This document shows, piece by piece, positions 25,292 through 37,900 of a stretch of 64,000 bases of DNA. Made by a program: the position numbers and the translations under genes. The stretch comes from Eledone cirrhosa (taxonomy: Eukaryota), in the NCBI GenBank assembly GCA_964016885.1, contig OZ024745.1:127224001-127288000 (forward strand), in the 5' to 3' direction. Below the pieces are notes generated by a model. It was not told the origin of the DNA, made no database searches, and saw only the letters and a list, made by a program, of their open reading frames with translations. Numbering within the stretch: the first letter of the stretch is position 1; the number at the start of each line of letters is the position of its first letter.

Positions 25292-25929
25292 AAACACAAG
25301 CGCATACAAATATTTATGTGTGTATATATCACATCATTTTACATCTGTTTTTCCACACATGGGTTGGACGGGTCCTTTTCAGCACAGCATCTCTCCACTC
25401 AACGCATTTTTTCGCCATCTCCTCTCTCAGACTCAGTGATTTGAGATCAGCTCTCACCACCTCTGCCTTTCTTTGTCTACCTCTACTGTAGCATCATGGG
25501 ATTCCCTGGCATTTCTTTATACTTCATTCATCATCCATACACATCACATGTCCATACCAATGCAGTCTCCTCTCCTGCACACCACCTTGGATTGCTGTTA
25601 AACCTAAGTTCTCACCCAGTTCATCCAAGCTCTACTTCTCTTTCATGTTTACAGTGCATATCCAGCGAAACATGGTTGCTTCATTTCTCTCCAGTCATTG
25701 CATGTCCTCTGCAGTCATTGCCCATGTTTTACTACCATGCAGCATAACACTTTGCACACAGGTGTCTTTTTAATGATGAAGACAGTATTATGTAATCATT
25801 TACTGAGCTTCATTACCTATAGGTGCCATCCACATGAAAACAATACTTAAATTAGTATTAACACATTTAATGTTAAAACTAAATATTGTAAAATTCTTAG
25901 CAATGTCTGTCACCCAACAACTTTATTAA

Positions 25930-26137
25930 CCCTTTAGCATTTAAACCAGCCATATCCGGCCAGAATTCTCTCACTTCTTTCTGTTCAAACCAGCCATTAC
26001 CAACTACTCATACTGATGTTAAGTTATTGTTCTCAACATAAATAATAACACCATCAAAATCTCATAGCTTCCATATTATGTGAGATAAAGCCTTTACCAT
26101 GAAAATATAACAGTAAAGTAATGTAAATGCTAAAGGG
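25930..26137 (+). mobile_element. piggyBac-type MITE
   Basis: TTAA TSD and CCCTTTAGCATTTA TIRs. Confidence 0.85.
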
Positions 26138-27208
26138 TTAAAGGAGAAAAAAGAAAAGAATGCAAACTATTGTATTTAAATATAGAAAATATATTGTTTA
26201 TTCTTTTGATGACTTTTTAATGATTCTCAGATGAAAGATGTCTCTATTATATACAATGATTGAGAAACACCCCAGCACACAGATAAACCATAAATGTTAT
26301 CTGAATAACATAGAAATCACTTCTCCAGTAAAAATGAAGTTACCTTGAAAAAAAAAAAAACATAACAGAGAATAGTATATTTAGTTGAGATATACACACA
26401 TACATACGTGTGTATGTATGTGTGAATGTGAGTATGTGTGTGTGTGTATATATATATATGTTAGGAAGGGCATCCAGCTGTAGAAAACCCGCCAGACAGT
26501 CCACGCTGTAATGTGGCCGTGTAGGCAACACGGTAAAAACCTCCCAGCCCCACACTGTAAATGTGGTTGGTGTTAGGAAGGGCATCCAACTGTAGAAAAC
26601 CCGCCAGACAGTCCTATGCGAGCAAGACAACCACTCTTGCCTCAAGTGGGAAAACCCCCGTCCAAACCCATGCAAGCGTGGAACACGGACGCTAAACCTG
26701 ATGATGATGATGATGATGATGATACACAGACCAGGTGATGTGTTGTTTCCTTGAGCAAGACACTTTATTTCACATTGCTCCAGTTTACTCAGCTGTAGAA
26801 ATGAGATGATAGGGACTGGGGTCCCTATCATTCCACTGCAAAGTGGTCGTGCAGGTGCCACGGCAAAAAAGCACTCAGCACTCACTGTAAATGAGGTTGG
26901 TGTTAGGAAGGGCATCCAGCTGTAGAAATCAAGCCAGAATCAGTTCCCGTCCCACCCTTGCTAGCAGGGAAAAGCGGACGTATAATGAAATGAAATGAAA
27001 TGATATATATATATATAAGGATAGAAGCAGTTTTAATCTAGTTAAACCATTATTCAACAAAGTACTCAATACTTGGGATAGTAGAGTACGGCTATATTAT
27101 AAAAAGTTGAGGCCCGATGGCTGAGCTTTTGCAGACTCTGGAACTCCTAGCTCCAGAGTCTAGAACTAGCATTTGAAATTACGAACTCAGCCGTTGGGCC
27201 CTGAATCT

Positions 27209-27252
<44 letters not shown>

Positions 27253-27999
27253 TGTGTAACATTTACTTATTATTGGTTCACCAGTTTGAACACTCGATGT
27301 TAATATGGGTCCAGTTGGTGATGTGGTGTTTCCCTGTAGTCGGTATCCCTAAGAAGCAAAGTGTGAATAGTAATAGTAATAATAAGGAGCAGGAACAAAG
27401 TATATATACTCTTGGGTCCTGAATAATCCCCCACCCAATTAATTTTTGCCCGTAAAATCTATCCAGTGATTCTGTCCTGAGACATTCTAACCACATGTCC
27501 ATAGTATCGGAGCTGTGTTATCTCAATTTGGAGAAGTAGTGGCTCCCTGGTCTCTAAGCTATGTACTCAATCGAGTAACATTACTCCAAAGACCCTTCAA
27601 AGGAACCCCACTCTCCTACTAAAAAAAAAAAAAATTACTAAATAAATTAAGTAGATAGGTCTACTAGGCCAACTTAGAGAGCTAACTAAATAGAAACTAC
27701 TTCCAGAATTTAAGTGTGCTAACTACTGAGAGACCTCAGTAAATTAAGGAATGCTAATTTAAAAGTGATTATCTCCATAAACATAGTGAGTTCATTCTAT
27801 AAAGTGAACTATGAAGGAACTAAACATTAACCACATTAGTCTCACCAGTTTGGAAGAGCCTGTAGAAGCCATGAGCACTGCCCCTGATCTTTTGACAAGC
27901 TTATTTTCTTAAAAACTCTCCCTAACCTCAAACATAACATTTGATGGTTTATCTATCCTCTTTCAACATATCCTTTCTCTCTCTCTCTTTCTCCTTTTA

Positions 28000-28209
28000 T
28001 CATGAAGATTCATCACTTTCTTGACTTTCTTCTTCTTCAGATTGGTTCTCTCCCTCATCATCATCATCATCACCATCACCATCAGGCTCCTCCTCTTCTA
28101 CTCGTTTTTGTTTCCATTTCTTTGCCATTGCCAGCAGCTTGAGGTTTGGTTGTGAAGCTTCTTCTTCAGGGAAGATGTAATCATAATATTCTTCCCAGCC
28201 GGCATGAGA
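28000..28209 (-). CDS. CRNKL1: CRNKL1 exon 16 (terminal, acidic tail)
   Basis: cacag|TCT CAT GCC GGC TGG; [33 protein letters not shown]...DESS*. Confidence 0.95.
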   Translation of the reverse strand, partial: SHAGWEEYYDYIFPEEEASQPNLKLLAMAKKWKQKRVEEEEPDGDGDDDDDEGENQSEEEESQESDESS

Positions 28210-28922
28210 CTGTGAGGCGGACAAATGAAAAAAAATAAATAAATAGAGTAGGTTTAAGTAATTTTATCAAAATAGGAAAAACATTGATTACAAAGAGAGA
28301 CAGGGGAGAAAGATAGAAAAATCTTAAAAGAATAAACATAAAAACAGAGAAATAGACTACAAATTGGCAATAAACTAGAGAAGAGAAGTTGCAGCTTACA
28401 AGAAATAAGCTAAAGACAGATAATGGTTAGAGGAAGGAGGTAGAGAAAATAACCAGATGCAGATGGGTCTAAAATCTAAAGTTTGTTTCAAGCCAGGAGG
28501 CTCGTTAGGCCGGTGCTTATCCTGGTTTCCAAGCAACAGAGTACAAAACTCCCCCTTGGACAGAAAGTCATCCTCAAATGATGAGGCTCGGAAAGCCAGT
28601 GCTTATCCCGGTTTTGTGACATGAAACAACCAAGAAATCAAACCTTCCCCCTCGACAGAGCAATACAAGTTTTTAAAAAATAAAACTGTATTACAGAACT
28701 AGGGGCTGAGAACACCTAAGTATTATTAGGACCTTTAATGGTTTTATTAACCCTTTAGTTACCAGCTTGGCTAAAACTGGCTCTGGTTTTATTACATACT
28801 GGTTTTATAAATACTGCAACAACTTCAATTTATTAACTCTTTAGTTACCTTTTAGCTGTTGAAATGGCAAGAGCTCAGCCATCGGGCTCCACTAACTCTT
28901 TCTAATATATACATACATATAC

Positions 28923-28962
<40 letters not shown>

Positions 28963-31900
28963 TGCACACACACAACATAAATCAAGTTTAGAATAGGTAT
29001 ACATATCCTTGCATATTGTAAAAAGTGGCTAAAAGTGTAAATACCAGGAAAAGCATATGGCTGTAAAACACTGCCTCAAAAAGTCCCATCAAACCCAGAC
29101 CAGAATGGAAAATATTTTACAACCTCCACCCCACACACACACCACCACAAAAAAAAAAAAAAGTATTATGTATATTGCATAAAAATAGAGAATATTTCCT
29201 TGTAAAACTTACTCCATCTTCTGATTGGATCTTTCGGCGTTTCTTGATTTTCTGAGGCATTTGTTTCTCAACAAGCTTCAATGAATTGGCATCACCAGCT
29301 TCCTTCTACAAAACATTAAGAAAGAAATAATTGTAGAACTTTTGGGAAACATTACAATATCATAACTCCTACACTGTTCACTTTCCTGACATTTATACAT
29401 TATTCTATGTACTATACATGCACCTTTGATGAATTGTAGTGTACCTGAGCACTGTACACAATAATTTCATTATTATTATTATTATTATCAGGGTGTAGAG
29501 GGAAGTGCTCTCTTTCCAGCAATACGTGGAGGGGAGGGGGGATAGGAATAAGGGGAGGGTGAGTTGGTATAAGTGGAGGGGGGTTGTAATAAGCAGGACG
29601 GGGGAGGTGTTGGATAATCAGTAATGTTTCTAGGTTGTCTCCATTGATTTTTTAAAAAAAACAGAATTAGTCGTTTAGTTTACACATTTAAGACCCCAAC
29701 CCATTCTATTTATTTTATAACATATGGGATTTCTAGTAATGTACTTATTTTTGTCATGTACAAAGAAAATTAATTGCCACAGGAATGTCATCACTTAAAA
29801 TAATTAAATTTTATAAACAGACCCGAGAGTATGTGTCTAAATACTTTTATTGGTTATTGAAGAACATGCTGCTCAAAATATAGTGTAAATCTTTAGTTTG
29901 AACCACTCACTGATCAAAACATTATTTTATAATGTAAATAACACATAAAGTATCATGTAAATATCACACAAACATTGATAGTCACTCCACCTCGTGGAGC
30001 TTGCACCTGCGGGTGGCTAACTCCATTCCGATAGCAGTGAGTAGGGATGTGGTCCGGGGAGCCAAGAACAATGGAAGTCTCCACTGCTACAGGCTCTACC
30101 ACATATTAGAGAGTGGCCGATACTTGGATAGTTTGCCTTCTTCGGCCTGGTGGGCAACAGAGCCTGGGCCGGTAGCCGAACGTACCAGATTGCCACTTGA
30201 GCAGGTGTCACAACATGTAGCATCCCAGATGAGGGGCCTACCTCCACAAAACAGGAAGATTGTCATGCCATCTAGCCTTTTGCCTTCCCCTCAGTCCAGC
30301 TCCACTGGCTCGAGCTGGGAAAAATGTTTCAAAACTAAAATGCAAAAATGATAGCATTCAGTCTGTTTCTTCTTTCAGACATTTGCCACAATAGAAGCAG
30401 ATTTAGCAATCCAAGCCTAAAAAAATAGGTCAAAATTTTATAACTTTATAGATACGAGTTTTAGCAACACACTGATGCATATGTGTATATGTGTGTGCAT
30501 GTGCATACAATGATATGTATGAGTATATAAATATAAATGCGCAAACACTGACACACTTACAAAAAAACACACACAGCGTAATAAATGGAACACCGGCCAC
30601 TGTTTTGCTATAGTATTTTTCACCTCCCCCTTCCTTCCTTTTAAACACACACATACATTCATGCAAACACACACACACACATTTTGTGATGGACGGATGG
30701 ACAGAAGTCGTTCAAATTTATATATCGATTGTGTTTTCAAGTGATAGAAAACTATCTTTTTTAGTCAAATGTTCAAAGAGAATGTGTTCTGCATTTTCTA
30801 GTTATTTCAAATCCTATCACCAAAGAAAAAAATTAATGGACTAAAAGTATAGATTCCTACCTCAAAGTCATACCAAGATTCCAAAAGCATTACACGTTCC
30901 TCCTTTTCTTCGACTGTCTTCAATGATTTGTTAGCATCCATATAAACACCCCGAGCATTGTGTAGAGATCGGCTTCCAGGTAGTGACATCTCAAAATGAG
31001 CAAAACTGATCCACACCTATACCACAAGATGAATAGATGTTTAATAGTAGAGACACTGTGACATCGCTAAATAATTTATTATAAAAACTTCAAGAAAACT
31101 GCTCCCAATACAAGGTTTCCTCACAGAAACCAAATGTTTTCCTACACTCTAACCCTTATAACAATTATCCCAATAACTTTCATAGTTCTACTTCAAACAT
31201 TTTGACCAGGGCTACTGAAATTTACTAGAATTAACCCTCTATAAGTCATACTATAATGGGATTTTTTTGGTCCCTTCAAACAATCTTGACCAGGACTATT
31301 CAAATTTACTAGAATTAACCCTCTGTAAGTTATACTGTAATGGGACTTTTTGGTCCCTTCAAACAATTTTAACCAGGACAACTCAAATCTACTAAAATTA
31401 ACCCTCTATAAGTCATACTATAATGGGATTTTTTTTAGGTCCCTTCAAATAATCTTGACCATGACTATGCAAATTCACTAGAATTAACCCTTTCATAGTT
31501 CTACTGTAACAGGACTTTTTTTAGATTCCCTCAAATAATCTTAACCATGACTATTCAAATTTACTAGAATACTTACTTTTACATGTTGAGTCCTTTGTAA
31601 GAGACGTCGGTAGAGGTTCCGTGTACAACCATATTCTTCCTGGTCAAACTCATAATCAATATAAGATTTCCAAAGGACTTCAGGCATATCTAACTTAGGT
31701 TGGTTGATCGCTAATTCATATATTGATCTTGTTCGTTCACTGTCACCCAAAATGGCCTCTAGCTCTGCATACTAAAACACAAACATGAAAATTTAAAAAT
31801 TATGGTTGTCTAAATGAAAACAAGGGAAACAAAATAATTTTTTTTTAATTTTTTATTTCAAACTCTTTTGGGAGAAAAATTTCAAATGTATAAATTTTAA

Positions 31901-34900
31901 AATGGTAAGATTTTTTTACCTTTTATTTCCATGGTAACACAGTAGTAATTTTGAGTGTCAAAAAGAGAAACCAAATAATACAGAGAAAAGTACTGCTGTA
32001 GCACTAAGTAGATGAGAAACTACAATACCCCTGGTTAGTACACCAGTCTACCGTAAGAAGTATTTGCAGATGATCTGGTACCTAGTTCGGTAAACTGAAA
32101 CATGTAGAATTAAGTACTCTGCTTAGAAATATAATCTTGTTTTGCCACAGATACCTTCCAATATTCAACTGACAATGTCTAGTCTAGACAACATATGTCT
32201 AGTCTAAAGTTTGTCTTAAGCCCAGGAAGCTCATTAGGCTGGTGTTTATCTCGGTTTCAAGACTCCCCCCTGGAGAGGACACCATTCCATCGCAGGGTCA
32301 AACCCCCAGCTATTGCTGCTGGTACACATTTTCAGCTGAGTATACTGGAGCAACATGAAATGAAGTGTTTTGCTCAAGAACACAACACACAACCCAATCC
32401 AGGAATCGAACACACAACATTATGATCATAAGTCCGACACCCTTACCACTAGGCCACACACCTCCACAATTATGGTCCATAAAAAAAAGATAGTATTAAT
32501 AATTACCTTCATCCAGGTCATACAGTTCTCTGGACCAAATTCCAAGAATTTTTCATAAAGTATTCGACACCGATCAAAGTCTCTCAACTGTATTTCCAGA
32601 TCAATATAACCCCGGAATAGCTTATTTTTAGGACACTTCCCTAATGAGACACCCTGCAATAAAATATTTTGAAAAATAATTCCTCTAACATATTTAAAGA
32701 AAAAGCAGTGGAATAACAGTAGCATATCAGACATGTCTATGCTCATCTTAAGTTCAAATTCCATCAAGACTTTCATCCCTATCCTCATTGAGAGCGGAGG
32801 ACTGGCAGCATCAGTAGTGTCAGACAATATGCTTTGCTGCATATAGTTACATTCTGAGTTCAAATCCCACTGGGGTTAGCTTTACCTTTCATCCTAATAG
32901 TAACACATGCTAGCGTGGAAGATGAACGTTAAACGATGATGATGATGATGATGTTTGATAAAATAAAGTAGCAGTAACGCACTGGTGTCAATTTAATCTT
33001 CTGAAACACTTTTGGCAGATGACCTTCCGATCACCAACCATTTTACTATGATTTCCCATAAACCCAGTTTTAGTCTCTCTTCATCCATGCTTCATCATTC
33101 ACGCACATTAACATTGCACATCCATCGTAGCATGCTCGCTTCATTTCTCTCCATCCTTTACAAATCCTCCACATTTACTGCCCATCTCTCATTGCAACAC
33201 CATGCATTGCACACAGGTATCATCCAACCAGCCTTTTGTTTGTAGAAAAAAACCTTTTGTTGTCAGAAGAGATAGTAGCTCCCTGAACATTTTACACCTT
33301 GTTTTTATTCTAGCTACTATACTCTCAGAGCACTCTCCTCCATTGCTAATTATCTTACTAGTATAACAATGCATTTTTTTAGCTAAACTACAAGTCAGTT
33401 TACTCTAAGCACAATGTATACCTTTGTGCTATGCATCAAAATAACACAATCTTTTAGAACATAATGTAAATTGTTTCATAGGACTTACCAAGATTTTACG
33501 AGCAGCCTGAAGATTTTTTTGTCGAATTTCAAACTGTGCAAATAACAGCCATATTTTGGCAAAGGTGAATTTTCTGTGAGGAATCACTTCTAAAGCAGCA
33601 TTATAGACAGCTCGAACCCTGTCAGGATCTATACAGTCTAACTCTTCAAAGAAACCATACATGATCCACAAATATATATACCGGCGCCAGTGTCGTTTAT
33701 CCTGTAATCAAATAAAAGGTGAATATTATTATGAGTAAGGTTAATCCTTTTGATACCAAACTGCCCCAAACTGTCCTGCCATAAACTGCTATGACACAAA
33801 ACTGCTCATTTGATAATATTATACTTATATCAAAACCTTCCATCATAATTAATTTTTTTTTAAATTATTGTTCTAAATATCAGCATATTAATGAAAAAGT
33901 TATTTTATTAAATTCCTTCAAAGTTTTTCGTTATTTTCAAAGTTAATTAAAACACACGGGCAGCATATTTCAATGGGAATACAGTTAAGACTGTAGTTGT
34001 AGAAGAAATTATTTTGTTTCATTTGTCATGCGAAAATGAGAAGCTGGCATTTTTTTTCTTTTCAAATTTACACATTTGTATATGATTAAAAGAGAAGCAA
34101 ATAAGTAACTATGAACATTTAACTGCTGTTTACAAGACATCCACCCTCTCCCATAAAGACAAGATGAGCATCACAAGTAGAATGTAAAGAAACATGACTG
34201 ACATTTCATGTATATATATTCAGTGTAGAGACTGGAGTTATAAGTTGTTCTGAATTGTGTTTGTTCAAGCAAAGCTTTTTTTCGTAGCACTAGTACTACC
34301 ATCTTACAGGGTGCACTGGGTGTTTTTTTTCCATTGCACCAGCATTACCACTATATCAACACTAACTTGTCCTAAACACATACTTGAACCTCAGTAATTC
34401 CTCTATGGGCTGTGTGCCTGAGCAAATATTATAACAATGTTTAGTTACAAACCTACAGGCAAAACCAACCAGTAGGAGACCCAGGCGTAGACCCCAAGCA
34501 AGATGGTTGGATAACATCCATGGGCTTGGCTAGTCTCGCTTAGGGATCCAGCCAGATCAGTTAAAGGCAGCTGCTTCTGACAGGACCTGCTGGAAGGAGT
34601 GTTTGAGGACTCTGCCCCTACGTCCCTCTCAGGAATAAGTGGGCGAAGAAGAAGTTACAAACCTGGGAGGGAGGAATATTGGCTATGGCTCTTTCATAGA
34701 CTTCTCGAATCTGTTCCACTTCTCCATCAGCTTCAAGAAGACGCAGGTAATCAAACCAAGCATCATAGTTCATTGGATTTGCTTTCACTTCCTGAAAAAT
34801 AGAAATAATTCTGTTTTTTATATTTACCTAATAAATATACTGATCTAATTTTAGATTTTTTGCTCAAATACCGACTCTCAGGTCACAAATAATTGTTTGA

Positions 34901-37900
34901 TTCCCAGCGGTGTGTTGCATCCTTGAGCAAGACGCTTTATTTCCCATTGCTCCAGTCTACTCGGCTGGCAAAAATGTGTTGTACCTGTAGTTCGAAGGGC
35001 TAGTCTTGTCACATTGTGTGTCATGCTGAATCTCCCTGAGAAATACATTAAAGGTTCGCTTGACTGTGGAATGCTCAGCCACTTGCATGTTAATTTCACA
35101 AACAGGCAGTTACGTTGATCAGATCAACTGGAACACTTGTCGTCATAACCGACAGAATGTCTTAGATTACATAGATAACCTCTTCAGAGCTGTAGACGAG
35201 ATAACTCATCCTAACATTCCAGTGCCACAGACAAGATAACTCATCCTAACATGTTTGAACTCTTTTCCAACAGTTCATAACTTCAAAGTTATTAACACGT
35301 TTCCAACAGTCATAACTTCAAAGTTATTAACTCTTTTCCAACAGTCATAACTTCAAAGTTATAAACTCTTTTCCAACAGTCATAACTTCAAAGTTATAAA
35401 CTCTTTTCCAACAGTCATAACTTCAAAGTTATAAACTCTTTTCCAACAGTCATAACTTCAAAGTTATAAACTCTTTTCCAACAGTCATAACTTCAAAGTT
35501 ATAAACTCTTTTCCAACAGTCATAACTTCAAAGTTATAAACTCTTTTCCAACAGTCATAACTTCAAAGTTATAAACTCTTTTCCAACAGTCATAACTTCA
35601 AAGTTATAAACTCTTTTCCAACAGTCATAACTTCAAAGTTATAAACTCTTTTCCAACAGTCATAACTTCAAAGTTATAAACTCTTTTCCAACAGTCATAA
35701 CTTCAAAGTTATAAACTCTTTTCCAACAGTCATAACTTCAAAGTTATAAACTCTTTTCCAACAGTCATAACTTCAAAGTTATAAACTCTTTTCCAACAGT
35801 CATAACTTCAAAGTTATAAACTCTTTTCCAACAGTCATAACTTCAAAGTTATAAACTCTTTTCCAACAGTCATAACTTCAAAGTTATAAACTCTTTTCCA
35901 ACAGTCATAACTTCAAAGTTATAAACTCTTTTCCAACAGTCATAACTTCAAAGTTATAAACTCTTTTCCAACAGTCATAACTTCAAAGTTATAAACTCTT
36001 TTCCAACAGTCATAACTTCAAAGTTATAAACTCTTTTCCAACAGTCATAACTTCAAAGTTATAAACTCTTTTCCAACAGTCATAACTTCAAAGTTATAAA
36101 CTCTTTTCCAACAGTCATAACTTCAAAGTTATAAACTCTTTTCCAACAGTCATAACTTCAAAGTTATAAACTCTTTTCCAACAGTCATAACTTCAAAGTT
36201 ATAAACTCTTTTCCAACAGTCATAACTTCAAAGTTATAAACTCTTTTCCAACAGTCATAACTTCAAAGTTATAAACTCTTTTCCAACAGTCATAACTTCA
36301 AAGTTATAAACTCTTTTCCAACAGTCATAACTTCAAAGTTATAAACTCTTTTCCAACAGTCATAACTTCAAAGTTATAAACTCTTTTCCAACAGTCATAA
36401 CTTCAAAGTTATTAACACGTTTCCAACAGTCATAACTTCAAAGTTATAAACTCTTTTCCAACAGTCATAACTTCAAAGTTATAAACTCTTTTCCAACAGT
36501 CATAACTTCAAAGTTATAAACTCTTTTCCAACAGTCATAACTTCAAAGTTATTAACACGTTTCCAACAGTCATAACTTCAAAGTTATTAACTCTTTTCCA
36601 ACAGTCATAACTTCAAAGTTATAAACTCTTTTCCAACAGTCATAACTTCAAAGTTATAAACTCTTTTCCAACAGTAATAACTTCAAAGTTATTAACGTTT
36701 CCAACAGTCATAACTTCAAAGTTATTAACACGTTTCCAACAGTCATAACTTCAAAGTTATTAACACGTTTCCAACAGTCATAACTTCAAAGTTATTAACA
36801 CGTTTCCAACAGTCATAACTTCAAAGTTATTAACACGTTTCCAACAGTCATAACTTCAAAGTTATTAACACGTTTCCAACAGTCATAACTTCAAAGTTAT
36901 TAACACGTTTCCAACAGTCATAACTTCAAAGTTATTAACTCTTTTCCAACAGTCATAACTTCAAAGTTATTAACTCTTTTCCAACAGTCATAACTTCAAA
37001 GTTATTAACACGTTTCCAACAGTCATAACTTCAAAGTTATTAACACGTTTCCAACAGTCATAACTTCAAAGTTATTAACTCTTTTCCAACAGTCATAACT
37101 TCAAAGTTATTAACACGTTTCCAACAGTCATAACTTCAAAGCTAGATGGGGTTACTAGTTTATTGATGTGACATTTGTCAATCACTCAGATATGTGTTGT
37201 TAATAAATGTTTGTTTAAAAAAAAAAGTCATTTTACTGAAAAAATAACCCAACACAGCAATTGTAGCTGCGTAAAATATATGCAGCAGTCAACAGGTTAA
37301 GGCACACACCTTCACAACCTATACTAAACTAAACAAAACATCAGCCTACCTCTTCGTACTGGAACCGTCTTTTGCTGACTATGACATCTTCAATAGCTGT
37401 ACGATCTCCGTAGCGTTTTTCATGTTTTGTATAATTCTTGTATATTTCCGTACACTTCTCTTTTGGTAAACCTTCCAATGCAAATTTATAAATTGCTCGA
37501 GCTCGTTCATGCTGTAATAGATTGTATTAGATGAATATGATTACATATGACAGAAAAAGAACTTTCAAAAAGCAACAATATAATAGTATAAAATATGTTA
37601 ATGTATTAATTTGGATCTTAAATGTTTTACAGAAAAACTATCAATATTCATTATCAACATTTAACATCTATCTTTTCTGCTAGCAAGGGTTGGATTAGTA
37701 AGTATTGAAATGGAGCCACTGATCTCCCAGGCAGGCCAGAGATCTGTGTCTCGCTTTATGTACGGTTGACACTCCACTGAGTGTACAGGAAAGACTGTCA
37801 TGTCCTTGACACAACTGAAGGGTTCTCCCAACCTTTTTGTCTGGCAAGATTACTACAGCTGGATGCCTTTCCTATCAACAACCACTTTACAGCATGTACT

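Noticed and set aside
35258-37141. 35-bp array as a CRISPR array, or as loxP-like sites (ATAACTTC...AAGTTAT)
   Set aside because: No spacers and no cas genes in a eukaryotic intron. The loxP likeness covers only the outer 7-8 bp, without the 13-bp arms or 8-bp spacer, so it is probably coincidence.
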